Assembly: GCA_965235115.1 (NCBI GenBank)
Contig: OZ249436.1
Span: 21,516,001-21,580,000 of the forward strand
Origin: Laetmonice hystrix
Lineage: Eukaryota
DNA length: 64,000 nt
Direction of reading: 5' to 3'
A model generated the notes under the pieces. It was not told the DNA's origin. It was given only the letters and a program-made list of their open reading frames with translations, and searched no databases. Positions 38,901 to 53,900 of the stretch are shown here, in pieces (position 1 is the first letter of the stretch; each line of letters opens with the position of its first letter). The translations under genes and the position numbers were made by a program.

Positions 38901-41900
38901 TTGCCGTAAAGGTTTAGTTAACAATGGCAAATGACGTTGTACGCCTTTTCTATATCAGATATCCCATCCCCAAGTAAGAAACATAAAGAAAGAGTACAGA
39001 GGTGTTGCAGGCAAGGAACACCAGGGTGCAGCGCAGCTCTACTGAAGCGGCGGCGGGGGCGGCGACTGCACTGCCATCTTCCGGCTACCGGTGGAATCAC
39101 CACGTATACCTGGCCGGGCTGGCGGGCACCTGTGGCTCTTAGGTTAAAGTAATGAGAAGCGAAAAATGGCTACTATTCTGATACGTCAAATTGAAACTAC
39201 GCCCCCCAAAGTTATGATTCTTAGGCCAGATGTATCACTGTCAAACGTATAGTTCTCTTACGTTCGCTACAGATATATGGTTGTGATGTGTATGCTTCCC
39301 ATTTGAGTATCTTTTCCAGATTTTAACATTAGATGCTCCTCGCCAGTACCTTTCATTTCCACTACCTCACTGTAGTGTTTGCATGACTACTAGGACAGTC
39401 GGTAAGATGTACGGACTTCTTACTCTACTGGTTGGCCCCCCACACTGCTTGGCCTCACAGTGTACTGTTTGGCCTCACTGTACTCTAAGTCTTTGGCCTC
39501 ACTGTAGTGTTCGCTGGGGTGCTAGGCCAGCCAGTACCTTGTAGCGATTCCTCACTGTACCGTTTGTCCTCCCTGTACCGTTTGCTTGTATACAACAGTA
39601 GCCAGTAATATAGGGACGCCTCATGTTTCATGTTTCCATGCCTTTATTGTCCAGGAGGCAGGCCATACGTTTCGTCTATCATCTACTCCCATCTAATCTA
39701 TGTCCCTTACAGACCATCTGTAAGCGTGCGACAACGTTGTCAGGTCGTCCCAATGACTGTTTGCCGTAAAGGTTTAGTTAACAATGGCAAATGACGTTGT
39801 ACGCCTTTTCTATATCAGATATCCCATCCCCAAGTAAGAAACAAAAAGAAAGAGTACAGAGGTGTTGCAGGCAAGAAAAACCAGGTTGCAGCGCAGCTCT
39901 ACTAAAGCGGCGGCGGGGGCGGCGACTGCACTGCCATCTTCCGGCTACCGGTGGAATCACCACGTATACCTGGCCGGGCTGGCGGGCACCTGTGGCTCTT
40001 AGGTTAAAGTAATGAGAAGCGAAAAATGGCTACTATTCTGATACGTCAAATTAAAACTACGCCCCCCCCCCAAAGTTATGATTCTTAGGCCAGATGTATC
40101 ACTGTCAAACGTATAGTTCTCGTACGTTCGCTACAGATATATGGTTGTGATGTGTATGCTTCCCTTTTGAGTATCTTCTCCAGATTTTAACATTAGATGC
40201 TCCTCGCCAGTAGCCTACCTTTCATTTCCACTACCTCACTGTAGTGTTTGCATGACTACTAGGACAGTCGGTAAGATGTAGGGACATCCCACTCTACTCG
40301 TTGCCCCCCGCCCCCCCACACTGCTTGGCCTCACAGTGTACTGTTTGGCCTCACTGTACTCTTTGGCCTCACTGTAGTGTTCGCTGGGGTGCTAGGCCAG
40401 CCAGTACCTTGTAGCGATTCCTCACTGTACCGTTTGTCCTCCCTGTACCGTTTGCTTGTATACAACAGTAGCCAGTAATATAGGGACGCCTCATGTTTCA
40501 TGTTTCCATGCCTTTATTGTCCAGGAGGCAGGCCATACATTTCGTCTATGATCTACTCCCATCTAATCTGTGTCCCCTACAGACTATCTTTAAGCGTGCG
40601 ACAATGTTGTCAGGTCGTCCCAATGACTGTTTGCCGTAAAGGTTTAGTTAACAATGGCAAATGACGTTGTACGCCTTTTCTATATCAGATATCCCATCCC
40701 CAAGTAAGAAACAAACAAAGAAAGAGTACAGAGATGTTGCAGGCAAGAAACACAAGGGTGCAGCGCAGCTCTACTGAAGCGGCGGCAGAGGCGGCGACTG
40801 CACTGCCATCTTCCGCCTACCGGTGGAATCACCACGTATACCTGGCCGGGCTGGCGGGCACCTGTGGCTCTTAGATTAAAGTAATGAGAAGAGAAAAATG
40901 GCTACTATTCTGATACGTCAAATTGAAACTACGCCCCGAAAGTTATGATTCTTAGGCCAGATGTATAACTGTCAAACGTATAGGTCTCGTACGTTCGCTA
41001 CAGATATATGGTTGTGATGTGTTTCCCATTTGAGTATCTTCTCCAGATTTTAACATTAGATGCTCCTCGCCAGTACCTTTCATTTCCACTACCTCACTGT
41101 TGGCATGACTACTAGGACAGTCGGTAAGATGTAGGCACTTCTCACTCTACTGGTTGGCCCCCCACACTGCTTGGCCTCACAGTGTACTGTTTGGCCTCAC
41201 TGTACTCTTTGGCCTCACTGTATATAGTGTTCGCTGGGGTGCTAGGCCAGCCAGTACCTTGTAGCGATTCCTCACTGTACCGTTTGTCCCCCCTGTACCG
41301 TTTGCTTGTATACAACAGTAGCCAGTAATATAGGGACGCCTCATGTTTCATGTTTCCATGCCTTTATTGTCCAGGAGGCAGGCCATACGTTTCGTCTATC
41401 ATCTACTCCCATCTAATCTATGTGCCTAACAGACCATCTGTAAGCGTGCGACAACGTTGTCAGGTCGTCCCAATGACTGTTTGCCGTAAAGGTTTAGTTA
41501 ACAATGGCAAATGACGTTGTACGCCTTTTCTATATCAGATATCCCATCCCCAAGTAAGAAACAAAAAGAAAGAGTACAGAGGTGTTCCAGGCAAGAAACA
41601 CCAGGGTGCAGCGCAGCTCTACTGAAGAGGCGGCGGGGGCGGCGACTGCACTGCCATCTTCCGGCTACCGGTGGAATCACCACGTATACCTGGCCGGGCT
41701 GGCGGGCACCTGTGGCTCTTAGGTTAAAGTAATGAGAAGCGAAAAATGGCTACTATTTTGATACGTCAAATTGAAACTACGCCCCCCAAAGTTATGATTC
41801 TTAGGCCAGATGTATCACTGTCAAACGTATAGGTCTCGTAGGGCCTACGTTCGCTACAGATATATGGTTGTGATGTGTAGGCCTATGCTTCCCATTTGAG

Positions 41901-44900
41901 TATCTTCTCCAGATTTTAACATTAGATGCTCCTCGCCAGTACCTTTCATTTCCACTACCTCACTGTAGTGTTTGCATGACTACTAGGACAGTCGGTAAGA
42001 TGTACGGACTTCTCACTCTACTGGTTGGCCCCCCACACTGCTTGGCCTCACAGTGTACTGTTTGGCCTCACTGTACTCTTTGGCCTCACTGTAGTGTTCG
42101 CTGGGGTGCTAGGCCAGCCAGTACCTTGTAGCGATTCCTCACTGTACCGTTTGTCCTCCCTGTACCGTTTGCTTGTATACAACAGTAGCCAGTAATATAG
42201 GGACGCCTCATCTTTCATGTTTCCATGCCTTTATTGTCCAGGAGGCAGGCCATACGTTTCGTCTATCATCTACTCCCATCTAATCTATGTCCCTTACAGA
42301 CCATCTGTAAGCGTGCGACAACGTTGTCAGGTCGTCCCAATGACTGTTTGCCGTAAAGGTTTAGTTAACAATGGCAAATGACGTTGTACGCCTTTTCTAT
42401 ATCAGATATCCCATCCCCAAGTAAGAAACAAAAAGAAAGAGTACAGAGGTGTTGCAGGCAAGGAACACCAGGGTGCAGCGCAGCTCTACTGAAGCGGCGG
42501 CGGGGGCGGCGACTGCACTGCCATCTTCCGGGTACCGATGGAATCACCACGTATACCTGGCCGGGCTGGCGGGCACCTGTGGCTCTTAGGTTAAAGTAAT
42601 GAGAAGCGAAAAATGGCTACTATTCTGATACGTCAAATTAAAACTACGCCCCCCCCCCAAAGTTATGATTCTTAGGCCAGATGTATCACTGTCAAACGTA
42701 TAGTTCTCGTACGTTCGCTACAGATAGGCCTATATGGGGTTGTGATGTGTATGCTTCCCATTTCAGTAGACTTCTATCTTCTCCAGATTTTAACATTAGA
42801 TGCTCCTCGCCAGTAGCCTACCTTTCATTTCCACTACCTCACTGTAGTGTTTGCATGACTACTAGGACAGTCGGTAAGATGTAGGGACTTCCCACTCTAC
42901 TCGTTGCCCCCCGCCCCCCACACTGCTTGGCCTCACAGTGTACTGTTTGGCCTCACTGTACTCTTTGGCCTCACTGTAGTGTTCGCTGGGGTGCTAGGCC
43001 AGCCAGTACCTTGTAGCGATTCCTCACTGTACCGTTTGTCCTCCCTGTACCGTTTGCTTGTATACAACAGTAGCCAGTAATGGTGCTTCCCTTTTGAGTA
43101 TCTTCTCCAGATTTTAACATTAGATGCTCCTCGCCAGTAGCCTACCTTTCATTTCCACTACCTCACTGTAGTGTTTGCATGACTACTAGGACAGTCGGTA
43201 AGATGTAGGGACATCCCACTCTACTCGTTGCCCCCCGCCCCCCCACACTGCTTGGCCTCACAGTGTACTGTTTGGCCTCACTGTACTCTTTGGCCTCACT
43301 GTAGTGTTCGCTGGGGTGCTAGGCCAGCCAGTACCTTGTAGCGATTCCTCACTGTACCGTTTGTCCTCCCTGTACCGTTTGCTTGTATACAACAGTAGCC
43401 AGTAATATAGGGACGCCTCATGTTTCATGTTTCCATGCCTTTATTGTCCAGGAGGCAGGCCATACATTTCGTCTATGATCTACTCCCATCTAATCTGTGT
43501 CCCCTACAGACTATCTTTAAGCGTGCGACAATGTTGTCAGGTCGTCCCAATGACTGTTTGCCGTAAAGGTTTAGTTAACAATGGCAAATGACGTTGTACG
43601 CCTTTTCTATATCAGATATCCCATCCCCAAGTAAGAAACAAACAAAGAAAGAGTACAGAGATGTTGCAGGCAAGAAACACCAGGGTGCAGCGCAGCTCTA
43701 CTGAAGCGGCGGCAGAGGCGGCGACTGCACTGCCATCTTCCGCCTACCGGTGGAATCACCACGTATACCTGGCCGGGCTGGCGGGCACCTGTGGCTCTTA
43801 GATTAAAGTAATGAGAAGAGAAAAATGGCTACTATTCTGATACGTCAAATTGAAACTACGCCCCGAAAGTTATGATTCTTAGGCCAGATGTATAACTGTC
43901 AAACGTATAGGTCTCGTACGTTCGCTACAGATATATGGTTGTGATGTGTTTCCCATTTGAGTATCTTCTCCAGATTTTAACATTAGATGCTCCTCGCCAG
44001 TACCTTTCATTTCCACTACCTCACTGTTGGCATGACTACTAGGACAGTCGGTAAGATGTAGGCACTTCTCACTCTACTGGTTGGCCCCCCACACTGCTTG
44101 GCCTCACAGTGTACTGTTTGGCCTCACTGTACTCTTTGGCCTCACTGTATATAGTGTTCGCTGGGGTGCTAGGCCAGCCAGTACCTTGTAGCGATTCCTC
44201 ACTGTACCGTTTGTCCCCCCTGTACCGTTTGCTTGTATACAACAGTAGCCAGTAATATAGGGACGCCTCATGTTTCATGTTTCCATGCCTTTATTGTCCA
44301 GGAGGCAGGCCATACGTTTCGTCTATCATCTACTCCCATCTAATCTATGTGCCTAACAGACCATCTGTAAGCGTGCGACAACGTTGTCAGGTCGTCCCAA
44401 TGACTGTTTGCCGTAAAGGTTTAGTTAACAATGGCAAATGACGTTGTACGCCTTTTCTATATCAGATATCCCATCCCCAAGTAAGAAACAAAAAGAAAGA
44501 GTACAGAGGTGTTCCAGGCAAGAAACACCAGGGTGCAGCGCAGCTCTACTGAAGAGGCGGCGGGGGCGGCGACTGCACTGCCATCTTCCGGCTACCGGTG
44601 GAATAACCACGTATACCTGGCCGGGCTGGCGGGCACCTGTGGCTCTTAGGTTAAAGTAATGAGAAGCGAAAAATGGCTACTATTTTGATACGTCAAATTG
44701 AAACTACGCCCCCCAAAGTTATGATTCTTAGGCCAGATGTATCACTGTCAAACGTATAGGTCTCGTAGGGCCTACGTTCGCTACAGATATATGGTTGTGA
44801 TGTGTAGGCCTATGCTTCCCATTTGAGTATCTTCTCCAGATTTTAACATTAGATGCTCCTCGCCAGTACCTTTCATTTCCACTACCTCACTGTAGTGTTT

Positions 44901-47900
44901 GCATGACTACTAGGACAGTCGGTAAGATGTACGGACTTCTCACTCTACTGGTTGGCCCCCCACACTGCTTGGCCTCACAGTGTACTGTTTGGCCTCACTG
45001 TACTCTTTGGCCTCACTGTAGTGTTCGCTGGGGTGCTAGGCCAGCCAGTACCTTGTAGCGATTCCTCACTGTACCGTTTGTCCTCCCTGTACCGTTTGCT
45101 TGTATACAACAGTAGCCAGTAATATAGGGACGCCTCATCTTTCATGTTTCCATGCCTTTATTGTCCAGGAGGCAGGCCATACGTTTCGTCTATCATCTAC
45201 TCCCATCTAATCTATGTCCCTTACAGACCATCTGTAAGCGTGCGACAACGTTGTCAGGTCGTCCCAATGACTGTTTGCCGTAAAGGTTTAGTTAACAATG
45301 GCAAATGACGTTGTACGCCTTTTCTATATCAGATATCCCATCCCCAAGTAAGAAACAAAAAGAAAGAGTACAGAGGTGTTGCAGGCAAGGAACACCAGGG
45401 TGCAGCGCAGCTCTACTGAAGCGGCGGCGGGGGCGGCGACTGCACTGCCATCTTCCGGGTACCGATGGAATCACCACGTATACCTGGCCGGGCTGGCGGG
45501 CACCTGTGGCTCTTAGGTTAAAGTAATGAGAAGCGAAAAATGGCTACTATTCTGATACGTCAAATTAAAACTACGCCCCCCCCCCCAAAGTTATGATTCT
45601 TAGGCCAGATGTATCACTGTCAAACGTATAGTTCTCGTACGTTCGCTACAGATAGGCCTATATGGGGTTGTGATGTGTATGCTTCCCATTTCAGTAGACT
45701 TCTATCTTCTCCAGATTTTAACATTAGATGCTCCTCGCCAGTAGCCTACCTTTCATTTCCACTACCTCACTGTAGTGTTTGCATGACTACTAGGACAGTC
45801 GGTAAGATGTAGGGACTTCCCACTCTACTCGTTGCCCCCCGCCCCCCACACTGCTTGGCCTCACAGTGTACTGTTTGGCCTCACTGTACTCTTTGGCCTC
45901 ACTGTAGTGTTCGCTGGGGTGCTAGGCCAGCCAGTACCTTGTAGCGATTCCTCACTGTACCGTTTGTCCTCCCTGTACCGTTTGCTTGTATACAACAGTA
46001 GCCAGTAATATAGGGACGCCTCATGTTTCATGTTTCCATGCCTTTATTGTCCAGGAGGCAGGCCATACGTTTCGTCTATGATCTACTCCCATCTAATCTG
46101 TGTCCCCTACAGACTATCTTTAAGCGTGCGACAACGTTGTCAGGTCGTCCCAATGACTGTTTGCCGTAAAGGTTTAGTTAACAATGGCAAATGACGTTGT
46201 ACGCCTTTTCTATATCAGATATCCCATCCCCAAGTAAGAAACAAAAAGAAAGAGTACAGAGGTGTTGCAGGCAAGAAAAACCAGGTTGCAGCGCAGCTCT
46301 ACTAAAGCGGCGGCGGGGGCGGCGACTGCACTGCCATCTTCCGGCTACCGGTGGAATCACCACGTATACCTGGCCGGGCTGGCGGGCACCTGTGGCTCTT
46401 AGGTTACAGTAATGAGAAGCGAAAAATGGCTACTATTTTGATACGTCAAATTGAAACTACGCCCCCCAAAGTTATGATTCTTAGGCCAGATGTATCACTG
46501 TCAAACGTATAGGTCTCGTAGGGCCTACGTTCGCTACAGATATATGGTTGTGATGTGTAGGCCTATGCTTCCCATTTGAGTATCTTCTCCAGATTTTAAC
46601 ATTAGATGCTCCTCGCCAGTACCTTTCATTTCCACTACCTCACTGTAGTGTTTGCATGACTACTAGGACAGTCGGTAAGATGTACGGACTTCTCACTCTA
46701 CTGGTTGGCCCCCCACACTGCTTGGCCTCACAGTGTACTGTTTGGCCTCACTGTACTCTTTGGCCTCACTGTAGTGTTCGCTGGGGTGCTAGGCCAGCCA
46801 GTACCTTGTAGCGATTCCTCACTGTACCGTTTGTCCTCCCTGTACCGTTTGCTTGTATACAACAGTAGCCAGTAATATAGGGACGCCTCATGTTTCATGT
46901 TTCCATGCCTTTATTGTCCAGGAGGCAGGCCATACGTTTCGTCTATCATCTACTCCCATCTAATCTATGTCCCTTACAGACCATCTGTAAGCGTGCGACA
47001 ACGTTGTCAGGTCGTCCCAATGACTGTTTGCCGTAAAGGTTTAGTTAACAATGGCAAATGACGTTGTACGCCTTTTCTATATCAGATATCCCATCCCCAA
47101 GTAAGAAACATAAAGAAAGAGTACAGAGGTGTTGCAGGCAAGGAACACCAGGGTGCAGCGCAGCTCTACTGAAGCGGCGGCGGGGGCGGCGACTGCACTG
47201 CCATCTTCCGGCTACCAGTGGAATCACCACGTATACCTGGCCGGGCTGGCGGGCACCTGTGGCTCTTAGGTTAAAGTAATGAGAAGCGAAAAATGGCTAC
47301 TATTCTGATACGTCAAATTGAAACTACGCCCCCCAAAGTTATGATTCTTAGGCCAGATGTATCACTGTCAAACGTATAGTTCTCTTACGTTCGCTACAGA
47401 TATATGGTTGTGATGTGTATGCTTCCCATTTGAGTATCTTTTCCAGATTTTAACATTAGATGCTCCTCGCCAGTACCTTTCATTTCCACTACCTCACTGT
47501 AGTGTTTGCATGACTACTAGGACAGTCGGTAAGATGTACGGACTTCTTACTCTACTGGTTGGCCCCCCACACTGCTTGGCCTCACAGTGTACTGTTTGGC
47601 CTCACTGTACTCTAAGTCTTTGGCCTCACTGTAGTGTTCGCTGGGGTGCTAGGCCAGCCAGTACCTTGTAGCGATTCCTCACTGTACCGTTTGTCCTCCC
47701 TGTACCGTTTGCTTGTATACAACAGTAGCCAATAATATAGGGACGCCTCATGTTTCATGTTTCCATGCCTTTATTGTCCAGGAGGCAGGCCATACGTTTC
47801 GTCTATCATCTACTCCCATCTAATCTATGTCCCTTACAGACCATCTGTAAGCGTGCGACAACGTTGTCAGGTCGTCCCAATGACTGTTTGCCGTAAAGGT

Positions 47901-50900
47901 TTAGTTAACAATGGCAAATGACGTTGTACGCCTTTTCTATATCAGATATCCCATCCCCAAGTAAGAAACAAAAAGAAAGAGTACAGAGGTGTTGCAGGCA
48001 AGAAAAACCAGGTTGCAGCGCAGCTCTACTAAAGCGGCGGCGGGGGCGGCGACTGCACTGCCATCTTCCGGCTACCGGTGGAATCACCACGTATACCTGG
48101 CCGGGCTGGCGGGCACCTGTGGCTCTTAGGTTAAAGTAATGAGAAGCGAAAAATGGCTACTATTCTGATACGTCAAATTAAAACTACGCCCCCCCCCCCA
48201 AAGTTATGATTCTTAGGCCAGATGTATCACTGTCAAACGTATAGTTCTCGTACGTTCGCTACAGATATATGGTTGTGATGTGTATGCTTCCCTTTTGAGT
48301 ATCTTCTCCAGATTTTAAAATTAGATGCTCCTCGCCAGTAGGCTACCTTTCATTTCCACTACCTCACTGTAGTGTTTGCATGACTACTAGGACAGTCGGT
48401 AAGATGTAGGGACATCCCACTCTACTCGTTGCCCCCCGCCCCCCCACACTGCTTGGCCTCACAGTGTACTGTTTGGCCTCACTGTACTCTTTGGCCTCAC
48501 TGTAGTGTTCGCTGGGGTGCTAGGCCAGCCAGTACCTTGTAGCGATTCCTCACTGTACCGTTTGTCCTCCCTGTACCGTTTGCTTGTATACAACAGTAGC
48601 CAGTAATATAGGGACGCCTCATGTTTCATGTTTCCATGCCTTTATTGTCCAGGAGGCAGGCCATACGTTTCGTCTATCATCTACTCCCATCTAATCTATG
48701 TCCCTTACAGACCATCTGTAAGCGTGCGACAACGTTGTCAGGTCGTCCCAATGACTGTTTGCCGTAAAGGTTTAGTTAACAATGGCAAATGACGTTGTAC
48801 GCCTTTTCTATATCAGATATCCCATCCCCAAGTAAGAAACATAAAGAAAGAGTACAGAGGTGTTGCAGGCAAGGAACACCAGGGTGCAGCGCAGCTCTAC
48901 TGAAGCGGCGGCGGGGGCGGCGACTGCACTGCCATCTTCCGGCTACCGGTGGAATCACCACGTATACCTGGCCGGGCTGGCGGGCACCTGTGGCTCTTAG
49001 GTTAAAGTAATGAGAAGCGAAAAATGGCTACTATTCTGATACGTCAAATTGAAACTACGCCCCCCAAAGTTATGATTCTTAGGCCAGATGTATCACTGTC
49101 AAACGTATAGTTCTCTTACGTTCGCTACAGATATATGGTTGTGATGTGTATGCTTCCCATTTGAGTATCTTTTCCAGATTTTAACATTAGATGCTCCTCG
49201 CCAGTACCTTTCATTTCCACTACCTCACTGTAGTGTTTGCATGACTACTAGGACAGTCGGTAAGATGTACGGACTTCTTACTCTACTGGTTGGCCCCCCA
49301 CACTGCTTGGCCTCACAGTGTACTGTTTGGCCTCACTGTACTCTAAGTCTTTGGCCTCACTGTAGTGTTCGCTGGGGTGCTAGGCCAGCCAGTACCTTGT
49401 AGCGATTCCTCACTGTACCGTTTGTCCTCCCTGTACCGTTTGCTTGTATACAACAGTAGCCAGTAATATAGGGACGCCTCATGTTTCATGTTTCCATGCC
49501 TTTATTGTCCAGGAGGCAGGCCATACGTTTCGTCTATCATCTACTCCCATCTAATCTATGTCCCTTACAGACCATCTGTAAGCGTGCGACAACGTTGTCA
49601 GGTCGTCCCAATGACTGTTTGCCGTAAAGGTTTAGTTAACAATGGCAAATGACGTTGTACGCCTTTTCTATATCAGATATCCCATCCCCAAGTAAGAAAC
49701 AAAAAGAAAGAGTACAGAGGTGTTGCAGGCAAGAAAAACCAGGTTGCAGCGCAGCTCTACTAAAGCGGCGGCGGGGGCGGCGACTGCACTGCCATCTTCC
49801 GGCTACCGGTGGAATCACCACGTATACCTGGCCGGGCTGGCGGGCACCTGTGGCTCTTAGGTTAAAGTAATGAGAAGCGAAAAATGGCTACTATTCTGAT
49901 ACGTCAAATTAAAACTACGCCCCCCCCCCAAAGTTATGATTCTTAGGCCAGATGTATCACTGTCAAACGTATAGTTCTCGTACGTTCGCTACAGATATAT
50001 GGTTGTGATGTGTATGCTTCCCTTTTGAGTATCTTCTCCAGATTTTAACATTAGATGCTCCTCGCCAGTAGCCTACCTTTCATTTCCACTACCTCACTGT
50101 AGTGTTTGCATGACTACTAGGACAGTCGGTAAGATGTAGGGACATCCCACTCTACTCGTTGCCCCCCGCCCCCCCACACTGCTTGGCCTCACAGTGTACT
50201 GTTTGGCCTCACTGTACTCTTTGGCCTCACTGTAGTGTTCGCTGGGGTGCTAGGCCAGCCAGTACCTTGTAGCGATTCCTCACTGTACCGTTTGTCCTCC
50301 CTGTACCGTTTGCTTGTATACAACAGTAGCCAGTAATATAGGGACGCCTCATGTTTCATGTTTCCATGCCTTTATTGTCCAGGAGGCAGGCCATACATTT
50401 CGTCTATGATCTACTCCCATCTAATCTGTGTCCCCTACAGACTATCTTTAAGCGTGCGACAATGTTGTCAGGTCGTCCCAATGACTGTTTGCCGTAAAGG
50501 TTTAGTTAACAATGGCAAATGACGTTGTACGCCTTTTCTATATCAGATATCCCATCCCCAAGTAAGAAACAAACAAAGAAAGAGTACAGAGATGTTGCAG
50601 GCAAGAAACACAAGGGTGCAGCGCAGCTCTACTGAAGCGGCGGCAGAGGCGGCGACTGCACTGCCATCTTCCGCCTACCGGTGGAATCACCACGTATACC
50701 TGGCCGGGCTGGCGGGCACCTGTGGCTCTTAGATTAAAGTAATGAGAAGAGAAAAATGGCTACTATTCTGATACGTCAAATTGAAACTACGCCCCGAAAG
50801 TTATGATTCTTAGGCCAGATGTATAACTGTCAAACGTATAGGTCTCGTACGTTCGCTACAGATATATGGTTGTGATGTGTTTCCCATTTGAGTATCTTCT

Positions 50901-53900
50901 CCAGATTTTAACATTAGATGCTCCTCGCCAGTACCTTTCATTTCCACTACCTCACTGTTGGCATGACTACTAGGACAGTCGGTAAGATGTAGGCACTTCT
51001 CACTCTACTGGTTGGCCCCCCACACTGCTTGGCCTCACAGTGTACTGTTTGGCCTCACTGTACTCTTTGGCCTCACTGTATATAGTGTTCGCTGGGGTGC
51101 TAGGCCAGCCAGTACCTTGTAGCGATTCCTCACTGTACCGTTTGTCCCCCCTGTACCGTTTGCTTGTATACAACAGTAGCCAGTAATATAGGGACGCCTC
51201 ATGTTTCATGTTTCCATGCCTTTATTGTCCAGGAGGCAGGCCATACGTTTCGTCTATCATCTACTCCCATCTAATCTATGTGCCTAACAGACCATCTGTA
51301 AGCGTGCGACAACGTTGTCAGGTCGTCCCAATGACTGTTTGCCGTAAAGGTTTAGTTAACAATGGCAAATGACGTTGTACGCCTTTTCTATATCAGATAT
51401 CCCATCCCCAAGTAAGAAACAAAAAGAAAGAGTACAGAGGTGTTCCAGGCAAGAAACACCAGGGTGCAGCGCAGCTCTACTGAAGAGGCGGCGGGGGCGG
51501 CGACTGCACTGCCATCTTCCGGCTACCGGTGGAATCACCACGTATACCTGGCCGGGCTGGCGGGCACCTGTGGCTCTTAGGTTAAAGTAATGAGAAGCGA
51601 AAAATGGCTACTATTTTGATACGTCAAATTGAAACTACGCCCCCCAAAGTTATGATTCTTAGGCCAGATGTATCACTGTCAAACGTATAGGTCTCGTAGG
51701 GCCTACGTTCGCTACAGATATATGGTTGTGATGTGTAGGCCTATGCTTCCCATTTGAGTATCTTCTCCAGATTTTAACATTAGATGCTCCTCGCCAGTAC
51801 CTTTCATTTCCACTACCTCACTGTAGTGTTTGCATGACTACTAGGACAGTCGGTAAGATGTACGGACTTCTCACTCTACTGGTTGGCCCCCCACACTGCT
51901 TGGCCTCACAGTGTACTGTTTGGCCTCACTGTACTCTTTGGCCTCACTGTAGTGTTCGCTGGGGTGCTAGGCCAGCCAGTACCTTGTAGCGATTCCTCAC
52001 TGTACCGTTTGTCCTCCCTGTACCGTTTGCTTGTATACAACAGTAGCCAGTAATATAGGGACGCCTCATCTTTCATGTTTCCATGCCTTTATTGTCCAGG
52101 AGGCAGGCCATACGTTTCGTCTATCATCTACTCCCATCTAATCTATGTCCCTTACAGACCATCTGTAAGCGTGCGACAACGTTGTCAGGTCGTCCCAATG
52201 ACTGTTTGCCGTAAAGGTTTAGTTAACAATGGCAAATGACGTTGTACGCCTTTTCTATATCAGATATCCCATCCCCAAGTAAGAAACAAAAAGAAAGAGT
52301 ACAGAGGTGTTGCAGGCAAGGAACACCAGGGTGCAGCGCAGCTCTACTGAAGCGGCGGCGGGGGCGGCGACTGCACTGCCATCTTCCGGGTACCGATGGA
52401 ATCACCACGTATACCTGGCCGGGCTGGCGGGCACCTGTGGCTCTTAGGTTAAAGTAATGAGAAGCGAAAAATGGCTACTATTCTGATACGTCAAATTAAA
52501 ACTACGCCCCCCCCCCAAAGTTATGATTCTTAGGCCAGATGTATCACTGTCAAACGTATAGTTCTCGTACGTTCGCTACAGATAGGCCTATATGGGGTTG
52601 TGATGTGTATGCTTCCCATTTCAGTAGACTTCTATCTTCTCCAGATTTTAACATTAGATGCTCCTCGCCAGTAGCCTACCTTTCATTTCCACTACCTCAC
52701 TGTAGTGTTTGCATGACTACTAGGACAGTCGGTAAGATGTAGGGACTTCCCACTCTACTCGTTGCCCCCCGCCCCCCACACTGCTTGGCCTCACAGTGTA
52801 CTGTTTGGCCTCACTGTACTCTTTGGCCTCACTGTAGTGTTCGCTGGGGTGCTAGGCCAGCCAGTACCTTGTAGCGATTCCTCACTGTACCGTTTGTCCT
52901 CCCTGTACCGTTTGCTTGTATACAACAGTAGCCAGTAATGGTGCTTCCCTTTTGAGTATCTTCTCCAGATTTTAACATTAGATGCTCCTCGCCAGTAGCC
53001 TACCTTTCATTTCCACTACCTCACTGTAGTGTTTGCATGACTACTAGGACAGTCGGTAAGATGTAGGGACATCCCACTCTACTCGTTGCCCCCCGCCCCC
53101 CCACACTGCTTGGCCTCACAGTGTACTGTTTGGCCTCACTGTACTCTTTGGCCTCACTGTAGTGTTCGCTGGGGTGCTAGGCCAGCCAGTACCTTGTAGC
53201 GATTCCTCACTGTACCGTTTGTCCTCCCTGTACCGTTTGCTTGTATACAACAGTAGCCAGTAATATAGGGACGCCTCATGTTTCATGTTTCCATGCCTTT
53301 ATTGTCCAGGAGGCAGGCCATACATTTCGTCTATGATCTACTCCCATCTAATCTGTGTCCCCTACAGACTATCTTTAAGCGTGCGACAATGTTGTCAGGT
53401 CGTCCCAATGACTGTTTGCCGTAAAGGTTTAGTTAACAATGGCAAATGACGTTGTACGCCTTTTCTATATCAGATATCCCATCCCCAAGTAAGAAACAAA
53501 CAAAGAAAGAGTACAGAGATGTTGCAGGCAAGAAACACCAGGGTGCAGCGCAGCTCTACTGAAGCGGCGGCAGAGGCGGCGACTGCACTGCCATCTTCCG
53601 CCTACCGGTGGAATCACCACGTATACCTGGCCGGGCTGGCGGGCACCTGTGGCTCTTAGATTAAAGTAATGAGAAGAGAAAAATGGCTACTATTCTGATA
53701 CGTCAAATTGAAACTACGCCCCGAAAGTTATGATTCTTAGGCCAGATGTATAACTGTCAAACGTATAGGTCTCGTACGTTCGCTACAGATATATGGTTGT
53801 GATGTGTTTCCCATTTGAGTATCTTCTCCAGATTTTAACATTAGATGCTCCTCGCCAGTACCTTTCATTTCCACTACCTCACTGTTGGCATGACTACTAG

